A DNA stretch of 64,000 bases. Origin: Albugo candida. Its lineage: Eukaryota. Under the pieces are notes generated by a model, which was not told the origin of the DNA, did not search any database, and saw only the letters and a program-made list of their open reading frames with translations. Positions 40,069-51,727 of this stretch are shown here, piece after piece. Made by a program: the position numbers and the translations under genes. Location of the stretch: the NCBI GenBank assembly GCA_040437565.1, contig JBDOQK010000005.1, positions 620,001 through 684,000 on the forward strand. Reading direction: 5' to 3'. Positions within the stretch are counted from its first letter, which is position 1. Each line of letters opens with the position of its first letter.

Positions 40069-42282
40069 TTATTCATCTGTGACACAACCCTCCGAAGCTG
40101 ACTTGACGTTTTTGATATACTTAAACAGAGTGCCTCGAGTAGCCTTTAATGGAGGAGGACTCCATGCTCGTTTTCGAGCTTCCAATTCATCTGCTGTCAC
40201 ATTAACGAAATCGATACGATTCTGTATTGCATCAACTTTGATCTCGTCTCCATTTCTCACCAAAGCAATTGGTCCCCCTGTCTGAGCTTCCGGGGTTATA
40301 TGTCCGATAATAAACCCGTGAGACCCACCAGAGAATCTTCCATCTGTCAACATTGCGACGTCATTTCCAAGTCCAGCGCCCATTATTGCAGACGTTGGTG
40401 TCACTGCATGAGTTAAGTTAGTGATCGAGAAGAGTATTTCTCAGTATATCTTGTGGTGCAAAACTTACGCATTTCTGGCATCCCAGGACCTCCCTGCGGA
40501 CCTTCGTATCGTATGATTACGACACTACCTTTGCTAATTTCGCCACGCTCCAGTGCTTCAAGCATATCTTCTTCTTGATCGTAAACCTATGCATAAAAAA
40601 ATCAGTACAGACTCGAATCGTACACACGTGCTGCCATCAAGTTCAACTCACGCATGCTTTTCCTTGAAACACCAAGCCTTCTTTTCCTGTTATTTTTGCA
40701 ACTGAACCTTCGGGGGCAAGATGGCCTCGAAGAATACGCAAGTGTCCAGATGATTTAATCGGGTTTTCCACAGAATGAATAATTTTGTGATCGTCGGTTA
40801 AATCGGAAACCTCGAACAAGTTTTCTCCAAGCGATTTCCCAGTGACGGTCATGCAATCGCCATTTATGATTCCCTTCTTGAGCAGGTATTTGAGAATTGC
40901 TGGAGTTCCACCAACACGATGTATATCCTCCATCACATATTGCCCACTTGGTTTCAAGTCAGCCAAGAACGGGACTCGTTTACTCGTTTTTTCAAAATCA
41001 TCAATGCTCAAAGCTACTCCAGCAGCTCGTGCCATAGCAATGAGATGTAGGACTGCATTCGTTGATCCTCCTAGAGCCATCGTAACCGCAATGGCGTTAT
41101 CAAATGCTTCTCGAGTAAGAATATCTCGCGGTTTGATATCTTTCTCTAGCAATAAGCGTATTGCTTTTCCAGTTCCTTGACACTCATCAATTTTGTCCTT
41201 TGAGTTTGCCGGATTGCTGGATGAGTACGGAAGAGATAGTCCCAGTGTTTCGATCGCAGTTGCCATCGTGTTGGCTGTATACATGCCTCCGCATGCACCG
41301 GCACCTGGGCAAGCGTGACGGACGATATCTTGCCGTTCTTTTTCTGTGATTCTTTTTGCAATGTATTCACCGTACGATTGAAAAGCTGAGACAATATCTA
41401 AGACATCACCTTGCGATGAGCAGCCTGCTCGTATAGTTCCACCATAAACCATTAGGGCTGGTCGATTTATACGAGCCATTGCCATGATACATCCTGGCAT
41501 GTTCTTATCACATCCAGGAATACAAATCGTGCCATCATACCATTGACCGCTCATAACAGTTTCAATAGAATCAGCAATCAAATCGCGGGATTGAAGGCTA
41601 TAGCACATTCCTTCGGTTCCCCTTGTAAAATAAAAAGCATCAGCCTTTACAAGAAAATAGTAATAGGTCCTCATACATGCTGATTCCGTCACTAACGCCA
41701 ATAGTATTAAAGCGCAAACCTATAAGTCCGGCTTCTTGAACACTCTGCTTCACGTGACCCGCAAGGTCTAAAAGATGCATGTTGCATGGATTGCCTTCCC
41801 ACCACATACTTGCTATTCCAATTTGAGCCTTATTCATATCCTCTTCTGATAGTCCTGTTGCATACAGCATTGCTTGCGATGCTCCCTGAGATTTTGGTTG
41901 TGTGATATGACAACTGAATNNNNNNNNNNNNNNNNNNNNNNNNNNNNNNNNNNNNNNNNNNNNNNNNNNNNNNNNNNNNNNNNNNNNNNNNNNNNNNNNN
42001 NNNNNNNNNNNNNNNNNNNTCTAAAAGATGCATGTTGCATGGATTGCCTTCCCACCACATACTTGCTATTCCAATTTGAGCCTTACTCATATCCTCTTCT
42101 GATAACCCTGTTGCATACAGCATTGCTTGCGATGCTCCCTGAGATTTTGGTTGTGTGATATGACAACTGAATCGATTCAGTGGCCGATCACAATCGGAAG
42201 AGAAGCTCATTTGACAATTCCTGACCATTTGTGTACATGTAGTACTCCTTTTAGCGGATTGAAGCCGTACTGTTCGCAGCAT
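40069..42282 (-). CDS. ILV3: Dihydroxy-acid dehydratase, mitochondrial (ILV3/ilvD), multi-exon
   Basis: Motifs [39 protein letters not shown] and [11 protein letters not shown]. Gap 41920-42019 with overlap. Confidence 0.97.
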
Positions 42283-42493
42283 GATTCTATTTGATCTTAG
42301 TGTGCGCAATACAGATATCCCTCACTTTCTCGTTTTTTCTACTAATTTACTTCTAGCATCACACAATGACAACCAACGCTTTTACAAACTACCAAAATGG
42401 TGTTGCCGGTACATTAATGCGGTGATCGCTGACGGTGAAGCGTAACTGTCAAGATGTATATTGATAGATCACAATTAGATCAGCAGATTGGGA

Positions 42494-43705
42494 ATGAACA
42501 ATATCATGTTCGATGATTTTGTTCTGGATCCGGTAATATACTCAAGCGAAAGCGATTTAGAATCCGATGCCCAATCCATCAGCACTGATTCACTTTCAGA
42601 CAATGACAAAAAAGATAAAAGGCGAAACAAATACGACAGCAATGGTAGAGACAGTCTTGAGTTATCCATGTCCGTTTCGATATGCCGCCTGACAAGAGAG
42701 AAAGTCACCCGTAGTGTTGTTGCCATGGTTGGAAAGCAAACAAACTCTAAACCTGAAATAGGAGCAGAACGACGATCCCATCTCATGTCAAACCAGAACA
42801 CTAGGAATAATGTCGACATGAATTCTGAAGATGTTTTTCCAATTAATGAAGTTTCTACAAGAACTCAAAATTCGGTGGATGGAAGGAGCAGGATAACACC
42901 GACTGCTCTTTTGAACACCTATGCTTCGAATAAATCGAAAAGTTCATTTTTTGTCCACGCGGGCAATGATACACCAGCATTTTCCCAAGTACTCGGTAAT
43001 TGCGCTGTAAAAGTGGAGGGCGAGTCTACGACGCCAGCTACGCAATCGAATACGGGAATTGACAGCAGCCTGCTCACAGATCGAAGTCTAGCTGTAGAGC
43101 CACACAACACTAGACGGAATACAATCAGGAGCGATTACGGAATGACTGTAGTACCCGTACCTAAGCCGTCATTGTCACGTGAGCGTACTAAAAAACAAAA
43201 TGGTAAAGCCATTCCCATGGTTGGGAGCAATACTCGAGAGCCCCAATATTTAAATTCGAGTCACAGACCTAGCAAGAAGATTATTTCGAATCAAATCCAT
43301 GCGCACTTGTCAGATAAAGCGAGTGAAGCCAAGCTGAAGCCAAGTATAATCGCAAGTCCAGAGGGTCGAGAATTTGCCACCACGATTGATGAGATTAGCT
43401 TACGAAGGTCATTGGACCGACTAGATGGTGAGCTGAGAAGGCTTACTGCAAATATTGAAAATCGCGTCGCAACACACGAAGAAGAGGTCGTTTCTAAAGA
43501 AGGTAAATCAGAGGACGATAGTTCAACGCTTCTTGCTTGCAGCAACGGTGACGGTAAAACCACATCACAGGTAGCTTTCCGAAGCTCATCGCGTGGAAAG
43601 CGAACACATACTTGTCCAAATGCACCACCTTTACTCAAACACAACTTAGGAGGGATACGAAAACATCGTTTGCGGCGCAGCAAGCTCATCTCGAGCGATA
43701 AATAG
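42494..43705 (+). CDS. Hypothetical S/T-rich disordered protein with a short coiled coil
   Basis: ORF of about 400 codons; DEISLRRSLDRLD segment; no recognised domain. Confidence 0.6.
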   Translation: MNNIMFDDFVLDPVIYSSESDLESDAQSISTDSLSDNDKKDKRRNKYDSNGRDSLELSMSVSICRLTREKVTRSVVAMVGKQTNSKPEIGAERRSHLMSNQNTRNNVDMNSEDVFPINEVSTRTQNSVDGRSRITPTALLNTYASNKSKSSFFVHAGNDTPAFSQVLGNCAVKVEGESTTPATQSNTGIDSSLLTDRSLAVEPHNTRRNTIRSDYGMTVVPVPKPSLSRERTKKQNGKAIPMVGSNTREPQYLNSSHRPSKKIISNQIHAHLSDKASEAKLKPSIIASPEGREFATTIDEISLRRSLDRLDGELRRLTANIENRVATHEEEVVSKEGKSEDDSSTLLACSNGDGKTTSQVAFRSSSRGKRTHTCPNAPPLLKHNLGGIRKHRLRRSKLISSDK

Positions 43706-43854
43706 ATCTCGAGGCACACGAATTAGTGTACCTTAACTTTTTGATCCAGCCAACTTTTCCTGACAACTGATTGGCTTAAATTGTTGAACAGCTTTGGTGG
43801 TGTAGAAAGCAGCAGTGATTTTTGGCACTGAAAAATTTGATTCTCTCTTGTGCA

Positions 43855-44774
43855 ATGGTATTCGAAAAGCCTGTTGTCGTCGACTGTCGCGGTCATTTGC
43901 TCGGCCGATTGGCTTCATTGATTGCAAAAGAACTATTGCAAGGTCAACAAGTCGTTGCGGTGCGATGTGAAGCACTCGAAATTAGTGGATCTCGTACGTA
44001 TATTTGACAAACATGCAAAAGTCGCTGTGTGCAGGCACCCGCTACCCGCTACACAGGTTGCAGACCTAAGTCTCTATTTCTTATGAAATGCTCGTGCAGC
44101 GGGTTTCGGAGTGACCATGCCGTCTATTATGAATTGAACTACGAGACGGAAAGCGAGATTCAGTATAGAGTCCAGTGTCTGCACATTTAGACCATTGCTG
44201 TTTCTTGAAAAGCCATCCATCTTACGGGGAATTCCTACATTAGACGTGCGCAACAAGGTCAAATTCATGCAGTTTTTGAACAAGCGAACCGCTACCAACC
44301 CGAAAAAGGGACCCATTCACTACCGTGCTCCATCACGGATGCTGTGGCGCACCATCCGAGGTATGCTTCCTCACAAAACGGCACGCGGTGCGGCCGCTCT
44401 TCAACGACTGAAAGTATAGTTATGCACATTTATGTCCATATGATGATCTTTGAACTAAAATGATGTGATAGGCTTTTGATGGTGTCCCGTCTCCTTATGA
44501 TAAGCAAAAGCGAATGGTGATCCCGGATGCTCTTCGAGTGATACGCTTGAAAGCAAATCGGCGATTCACTATTCTTGGTCAGCTTGCATCCGAGGTTGGC
44601 TGGAAACATGGCGATCTTGTCGCACGTTTGGAAGCGAAGCGAAAACTCAAATCCGAGGCTTACTACAAGAAGAAGCTCGCTCAAAAGAAACGAATGGCAG
44701 ATGCCACTAAAAAGGTTGTCACAGAGCACGCAGAACTCAAGCCCACACTGGAGAAGTTCGGATACTCTGTTTAG
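43855..44774 (+). CDS. RPL13A: 60S ribosomal protein uL13 (L13a/L16), 3 exons
   Basis: [53 protein letters not shown]. Introns 43994-44243 and about 44414-44471. Confidence 0.98.
44027..44239 (+). ncRNA. Candidate structured intronic RNA element in RPL13A intron 1
   Basis: 12-bp closing stem 44027-44038/44175-44186, helix ACCCGCT/AGCGGGT, hairpins AGAC/GTCT, ATTTC/GAAAT and CCGTCT/AGACGG. H-like AGACCA at 44189 and ACA at 44237. Confidence 0.55.
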
Positions 44775-44912
44775 ACAAAATCACAATCGAGTTGCACTAT
44801 GAGGAGAACAAATTTGAAAAGTGTTGCTATGCTGTATTGTATAGCGTGAAAACGATCTCTTTGACAGCTCTCGCGCTTATTGATCAGCTAAGACATATAT
44901 CGTTCTCTAGTT

Positions 44913-47725
44913 TCAAAGCCCATCAAACGCACTAAACTTGTTCATTGGATCAACAGATCCCGAATTGTTACTGCCCTGCAACTGCAATAGTTGTCCCGGA
45001 GCGATGCTTTGAGACGCGCCAGTGTTGGCGGTGCCTATGTGATGCTGATACCCTCCAGGAAAAGCATACTGCTGTTGATGGAATTGTTGTCCCTGAGTCT
45101 CACCTATGGAAGGTGCAAAGTTCTGCTGCGGGTACGCTTGTAGCCCGTACGGAACCAAATGTGCATTGGGTGGGGGGTACCCTGTACGCCCCATACCTGT
45201 ATTCGGGTATTGAGCTCCTATTGCTTGCGGAGGTGGCATGGGTGTGCTATACTGATTTATTGGATGCATTGACGTTGCCGTATTTGCCGGACCCATGTTG
45301 AGATTACTAAATATATTGTGGTGTACGGGTTGCCCTTGCGGAGGCGTTGATGAGGCTAATAAGTTACCATTGTTACATTCCGTCGAACCAGAACCATCCT
45401 AATGCAAATAATCGACACTTTTAGGATAGATTTTAGCATCAAGTTGTGTAAATTACTTACTTTTTGATCAATATCAAGTAGATTCGTATCAGTTCCTCCT
45501 GTGGTTCCCGACCTTCGTCGTCGTGCAGTATTTTTTGCTCTGCGCCGAGGAACAATGGACTCTGTACTATCGTTTTTCCGATCCGAGGTTGATCTAGTGC
45601 CAGAATTTCTAGTAGATTCTTTCAATAAAAAAGGATCATCGGTATATCTACCAGGCCGTGAATTTGTGTCGTCTCTGACTCCATGACTGTCACTTTTGGC
45701 AGGTACGTACTCCTCAGATAGCATGGCATTGGCCGCAGCCACTCCAGAACGCTTCTCCTCAGACTCTTTAGCTGCGGTTATCGCTGAAGTGAATCCTGAA
45801 TTTGCTGCCACCCCGGCTGAGATTGCCTTTACAGAGCCTTCGGCCATAAACATTTTGTCCCGTTCGCTAATGACACACTTCAACATATCTTGTATCTTTT
45901 CACAAATGCAATCAAACTGCTGGCTATTCAACTCCTTCTCCCATAATAGCGGAGTAACAGCGGGAATTATATACTTTGCGAGAAACTCGGGTCCCAAGTG
46001 TTTCCCGAGATTGTCGTAACAGCCAAGGATGCACATGCACACAGCCGGAGATTTGTCTGCTTGTAAAGTTTGGCTAAGCGTAGGGATGACGCTCTCCACC
46101 AGTAGATCTTTATCAAACACATGAAAGGACTTGGCCAGCCATAATAATGCATTAACGCGGACAGATAATTGAGGTGGCTGTAAAATCAGTTTGTTGACGC
46201 GTGGCAGGATCACTTGTTTCAGTATACGATATTCAAAAAGACTTGCTTGATCGACAATCTTGTTCAAGACTGTATCCAATATCTCCGGAACGGTGCTGTC
46301 GAGCGAGCGACATAACATGGGGACAATATGATCACGTATATAGGTCTCTTCAGCTTTCGGTATCAATATTTCCAGTTCGGAGACAAACATGAGCATACAT
46401 TGCACCGGTTCTGTGATAGCTAGAAGAGGAATCAACATTGGGGCCAACTTCGCCATAAAAGTATGTTTATCAACTTTTTTTACGATTTTCAGCAATGGGT
46501 TGATTGTGAATGGCGCCACCTGCTTGTTGATCACTATTCCTTGCAACGCTGGGATGACCATATCACGAAGTGTTCTAGGTGAGAATTCTTCAAGTTGGTC
46601 AGGCAGAGCAGTTAAGAAACGAGCCTGAGATGCAGGATCCTGCTCAACCAAGGTTTGGAGGGTTCTCAACGTCTTCACAGGACCGGCATCAAAAAATTGT
46701 GAAGCGAGAAATGCTCTTGCTTCGGGTCGTTGAGATGGTTCAACTGTCAATAATGCTCGAATAGTATTTTGCAATGAAACGGGTACTGAAGAAGGAAAAT
46801 GAATAGGGTGTAGCGATTGCACTTTGTACGCATGGGACATTCTGTTACCATCTCGCACATCTAGCACAGGGTCACGGCCACCATCAGCTCGAGGCGGCAC
46901 AAATAACTCAAATAGAAGCAAGCCAAGGCTGAACATATCTGCACTAGCATTGAATTGCCTTGGTTCGGTCACTATTTCTGGAGCACAGTATTGCAAAGGC
47001 GGCTCCCATAGTCCTTCCAAAACTCCTGTTTGTGTATTCTTCACTCCAATACGTCCTGAAGCACCTTCGTCTCCCAAACCGTAATACTCGCTCCTTGATA
47101 ATTGGCCAGGTTCAACCACACGACAAAATCCCATACCGCCTAGTTTCCATTCGCCACTCGGTGTGATAAACACACTATGGGGCCCCAGGCTCATGTGAAC
47201 TCGTCTTCCTTCTCGATGGAGAAAACTAAGAGCTTCACCAAGATGCATCATGCCACAGGCGACTTCAAACTCTGATAAACCAATCTCTAGCACCTCTGGA
47301 AGCACATTTGTGACATTATTAAAATTTTTACAGGCATTTGCCAATGAGCAAGTGACTCGCTCGGTCACAAAACTCAGCGTTCGACGTGACTCCTCGAATG
47401 CTTCGACGACTTTCAGAACATGCGGATGTCTAAGTACTCTCAGTGTTTTTATCTCACTCCGGAGGATATCCAAGTAGCGCTCCTGATCTTCTTTTTTCTT
47501 TAATCCCGCTTTTCTCACGAGGTCATCTTTATCAAATACAAAAATGCTCACTTCTGCGTTTGTTTTTCGTGAAACTGCAGGAAATATTTTCCATACCAAT
47601 TCGTGTCCTCCTGACGCAGTAGGGTCCTTTGGTGTTTCATAGCTCTTGGAAAATTCCTCTCCTATGACACCTTGTACTGCACCACTTACTGCCGTTTGTA
47701 CAGCACTGGATAATGTCTTGAGCAT
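44913..47725 (-). CDS. SCYL2: SCY1-like pseudokinase (SCYL2/CVAK104) with HEAT repeats and P/Q-rich tail
   Basis: Motifs LRHPHVLKV, FVTERV, EALSFLH, WKLGGMGF and YCAPE; canonical HRD and DFG are absent. HEAT region follows; tail exon to 44913. Confidence 0.9.
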
Positions 47726-48006
47726 TGATTTCGTACTATGGATTGTCGATATGACACAATGATAAGGACAATGATAAGGAGCAAGCGTATACCGATGAGG
47801 AACGCTGCCTTACGCTGTGATAATTGTGGCTCCGTGGAGAGAGTACTGTAACCTGCTAAACAATTCAATTTTGACTTTCGCTCGATTGGCTGAAACAGAT
47901 CAAGAAGAAAAATCGAAGGGTCCCAAAGCAGATCACGAAATCCGGGAATATCGAAAGCAAAGTAAAGGCTGGGATTTGAAAGAGAAAAGAAAAGTCGATA
48001 CTTTAA

Positions 48007-48705
48007 ATGGCAACTACGTTTCACAAACAAACCGCAGAGATGCCATTTGTGCCACCATCTCATCATTATAGTAATGCTCCCAGGATTACTAATGAATTAT
48101 TACATCGCAAAGCTGGTCGTCCGGATTCCACACTCGAAAACCTGGACTTTACTGCACCCTTGCCAAAAACACCCGCACCACCACTATCTCCACCTCTTCC
48201 ACGTACAAACCCGAAAGTGGTGATGAATCGATCTAGTCACATTATGGTTGCAAAATATCGAGTACGAGGAAATCTGCCTTATCCACGCGCTCCATCGTCA
48301 CCTCACCTGGGAATGAAGCAAAACGTCGAGTTCGACATCAGTTCAGTTCGTAATTATCATGGAGGTTCAACGTCCCCCATACATTCACCTCCCATGCAGG
48401 CATTGTATCATCAGCACCATACAATTCATACCTCTCCGATTGGTTCGACAAGTTCTCCATCATCGTATTCCTTTAGCGCGGTCCAAGCAACAAAAGGGTA
48501 TAGTCAACAGTACCTGATCTCACAACGACCAGAAGTATGTGGGACCATGTTTCCGGAAGTCTTGTTAGTGTCCCCTGGTGAACCAACACCGACACAATTA
48601 TCTAATTATGATAATAAGCAGCCGACTGGCTTTCTTCATGTTACGGATGGTAATCAAACTGTTGAATTTCTGGTTGGGGTTGCCAATATGCCAACCAAAG
48701 CTTAA
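48007..48705 (+). CDS. Hypothetical P/S-rich protein
   Basis: 232-codon ATG-initiated ORF; no recognised domain. Confidence 0.5.
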   Translation: MATTFHKQTAEMPFVPPSHHYSNAPRITNELLHRKAGRPDSTLENLDFTAPLPKTPAPPLSPPLPRTNPKVVMNRSSHIMVAKYRVRGNLPYPRAPSSPHLGMKQNVEFDISSVRNYHGGSTSPIHSPPMQALYHQHHTIHTSPIGSTSSPSSYSFSAVQATKGYSQQYLISQRPEVCGTMFPEVLLVSPGEPTPTQLSNYDNKQPTGFLHVTDGNQTVEFLVGVANMPTKA

Positions 48706-49075
48706 AAGTGTTGCCCAAGATACCAGCCGTATTCAACCTCTCTTATTTTGCTTCTCATCATCATCGATGATATTGTCTGATATAAAAACATCACAGCGCC
48801 CTTACATAAGATAGCAAATAGGATTTGTCGTTGACGCAGAATGATTTAAGCTAGAATAAAATTGTGTTAGATGTGCGTTCTCTCTGTGTAAAGTGCGCGA
48901 CCTCGCACTAACTTGGGTAAATCTCAATGCGTCAAGCTGGCTGGTGAGATAACGAATGACTAGCCTTCGTCTAGCCGTGCCTTGTCAATCTATTTCTGCA
49001 AGAAGGTTAGGGACAATACGGATGCAATTAGAACACAAAACGAGATGCTGTTTGTAGTGTTTTATATAATATCAA

Positions 49076-51412
49076 CTAGTGAAAATAGTTTGAATCGCAA
49101 GAAGCATCTTGAAGTAAGGCTAGGACACGACTCTGGTGAGTTTCTTCATACCCAAGGGAAGAAAGCTTGTCCTTCACTTGCGGTATGCTCATACTACCAC
49201 ACGATGTGACACTTACTATAAGCATCAAATCGATAAGCTGAATGATTGGGTCCGAATAATCAGAGAGCTGTTCGAATGTGATATTTCCTACGGATGGGAA
49301 CGCAAGCTTCCACAAGTGTCGAAACTTGCTGTTGTGTATGCAAGCGACGGAAGAATTTGCCAAGCTGTCTATCATGCTGATGCATTCCTCTTTGGATGCG
49401 GGAACGCGTTGCTCTGATGTCTCGCCTTCATCAAGTAGAGAATCAAGCGATCGTAACCGCGTCCGAGTACGACTTTGACGGGGAGCTGTCTGATCTGGAA
49501 TGATGTCATCAGTACTCGTATTTCTCAGCGATAGTACTCCATTGAAATTTCCTGGCTTCCCCACTGACAGCAACACGCGGGTTCCATGTGGAAGTGCCAG
49601 CAGATCACGTATTGGTTCTCCACTAGTGGTTGACAAATCCATTATTTGGTTTGACTTGATGAGAAAGCGTTTCTTTATCACATTCATGATCTGCTGTCCA
49701 TCGCTACCTTCGTAGTAGGTAATCCCGACAGGCTGGCCATAACTCGACAAGCTGTGAATTTTCAGCTCTTTGCAACGTGCATATCGGTAGTGTAATCCTT
49801 TGCGTGGCCTCGGAAGGTGAATATGCCATAGCCGACTGACACAGACATCACATATTCGCTTAGACCGTTTCGAATCATCTGCTTCAGTGATCTTGTTATC
49901 GTTAATCTGGTTTGCTATCCGGATGCTGGAACATTTACTGCAAAACTCTTTTTTACAAAAGCTGCATCGATATTTCCAATCCAGTATTTTAAAAACTTTG
50001 CAGCATAGAGAGCAATTTTCTGATGCGTTTGAATCCTTCACTTCCAATGGAAGCGGTCGATCTGGAATCTTGTCCTGCAGTAGTGAGTCTAATTCCGACT
50101 CTGTGATACTGTTCCCATTATATAGTCTCATTTCTTCTTCCATCAATGCATGAAGGAAGCCTGCATTAGGATAAACCACACCTCGGTTGGCTAGAACAAA
50201 GTTGGTTGCAGTCACTAAGGACCAGTAGCGAGCCCGCATCAGATACATGATAACTAATGTACCCGAACGAGAAATGCCTTGTGTACAATGAACCAAAACT
50301 CGAGCGTGCTGGATGCGCTTTGCATTCTCGATAAATGCGAATACTTCCTCGAAAAATTGGGAGATGTTCTCTTCTGGTCTGTCCTTAATTGTGACAATGC
50401 AATATAGCACCCCAATATTTTCAAAAACATTTCCTACATCCAAGCTAGCGTTGACAATATGGGTGATTCCAAGGTCCCGAAGAACTTTCTTCGATTGTGC
50501 GTGCCACATATTACCAAGAAATAAGAATCCCTCTAAAATCTCATTTGGGTAGTTGATGGCATGCATGCCACTTAGAGTACGATGTAGTGTTTTATCTCTT
50601 TCATTTGAATAAGCTAATGTCGTACAAAAGTGATAGCGATGTTTGAAGGTTGCGAACCCATCACTTAGTATCTTCACACTCATGACCAGACCATCTTCGA
50701 CAAATATTTTTGCCAGACGAAGCATCCAGCAATCCTGAGGTTTTTCCGCTTCGGTGTTGCATTCATAGATCAAATCAAAAGCAGAGACCATGGCGGAGAT
50801 TCGTAGAGCATTCCCAAATAGTACAACTTCTCGTAGACTGCGTTTTTTCGGTGTCAGACATGCACGATATTCAAGTGGAATGTAAGCGACTATTTGGTCA
50901 ATCGAGATGCAATTTTCGCTTGGTGGAATTGAGATTGCAGTTGAAATTGTGTCTCTTTCAAAATCAGGTTTTGGTCTAGTATCGACGAGAATCATCCCGG
51001 TTGATGCTTGCACTTGATTGTACAGCCATTTACAGTTGACACGCTCCGTCCGTACTTTTCTCTTTGGCAGAGAAATGCTGCCTTGTATCTCAGCGCTTGT
51101 ATTTGTCCTTGCATTGATGCAACTTGTCGCTGAATTGTCTGTATTGCAACTCGTTGAACAAAGACATTTCCCTGAATCGCATTGTGCTGTAGAATATGGA
51201 AGCGATTCCATATGCTTTTGTCTGGCATGCGGTTTCGCGCAAGCCTTAATTTGATCGGTCCCATCCTTTTGTCTGACGTGTCGCCGTTGTTGCATATGTG
51301 ACCGGCACAATCGTAAGACTTGTCGTACTATCGAATCTACTCGGTACCTAGTGGCCTGTTTTTGCAAAAATTTAAATTTGCCAGTGATAGAGAAAAGAGG
51401 TTTAGAGAACAC
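49076..51412 (-). CDS. Dual-specificity (MKP-like) phosphatase with rhodanese, DSP and FYVE-like domains
   Basis: Rhodanese segment ILVDTRP...ISTAISIP, PNEILEGFLFLGN, active site VHCTQGISRS, FYVE-like C..C/CSFCKKEFCSKCS/RICDVC. Start uncertain (first in-frame ATG at 51295). Confidence 0.9.
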   Translation of the reverse strand: MFSKPLFSITGKFKFLQKQATRYRVDSIVRQVLRLCRSHMQQRRHVRQKDGTDQIKACAKPHARQKHMESLPYSTAQCDSGKCLCSTSCNTDNSATSCINARTNTSAEIQGSISLPKRKVRTERVNCKWLYNQVQASTGMILVDTRPKPDFERDTISTAISIPPSENCISIDQIVAYIPLEYRACLTPKKRSLREVVLFGNALRISAMVSAFDLIYECNTEAEKPQDCWMLRLAKIFVEDGLVMSVKILSDGFATFKHRYHFCTTLAYSNERDKTLHRTLSGMHAINYPNEILEGFLFLGNMWHAQSKKVLRDLGITHIVNASLDVGNVFENIGVLYCIVTIKDRPEENISQFFEEVFAFIENAKRIQHARVLVHCTQGISRSGTLVIMYLMRARYWSLVTATNFVLANRGVVYPNAGFLHALMEEEMRLYNGNSITESELDSLLQDKIPDRPLPLEVKDSNASENCSLCCKVFKILDWKYRCSFCKKEFCSKCSSIRIANQINDNKITEADDSKRSKRICDVCVSRLWHIHLPRPRKGLHYRYARCKELKIHSLSSYGQPVGITYYEGSDGQQIMNVIKKRFLIKSNQIMDLSTTSGEPIRDLLALPHGTRVLLSVGKPGNFNGVLSLRNTSTDDIIPDQTAPRQSRTRTRLRSLDSLLDEGETSEQRVPASKEECISMIDSLANSSVACIHNSKFRHLWKLAFPSVGNITFEQLSDYSDPIIQLIDLMLIVSVTSCGSMSIPQVKDKLSSLGYEETHQSRVLALLQDASCDSNYFH

Positions 51413-51727
51413 GTGACCAGTTGGAGAATTCTACTCGAATTTACTCTGCACCTTTTGCTACTATAAGCCGTCTTCGGTCAAAAACAGAAAAGACATGGGA
51501 TCACGACACACAGATACAGCCTACAACAGGTCGACGTCAGCATGAAGCATTTATATGATTGGTTGTAACTCCCTGGCTATAAAACACTAGATAAACAATT
51601 TCTCGCACGCCTGCGCAAGTCATTATTGTCTTGTCTTAATTTGCAATGGGAGAATTGGCAATGAATGCTTAGAATAGCCAGTAAATCAAGTCCAAATTAT
51701 GGAAAAACTAAATCGCTCACGCTGAAC

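Noticed and set aside
44189-44237. snR30/U17 (AGACCAT and ATTCCTA resemble the m2 and m1 motifs)
   Set aside because: The motifs are in the reverse order relative to the ACA box.
44414-44471. C/D snoRNA in RPL13A intron 2 (ATGATGA...GTGA)
   Set aside because: Only about 30 nt between the putative boxes and no canonical CTGA; too short.
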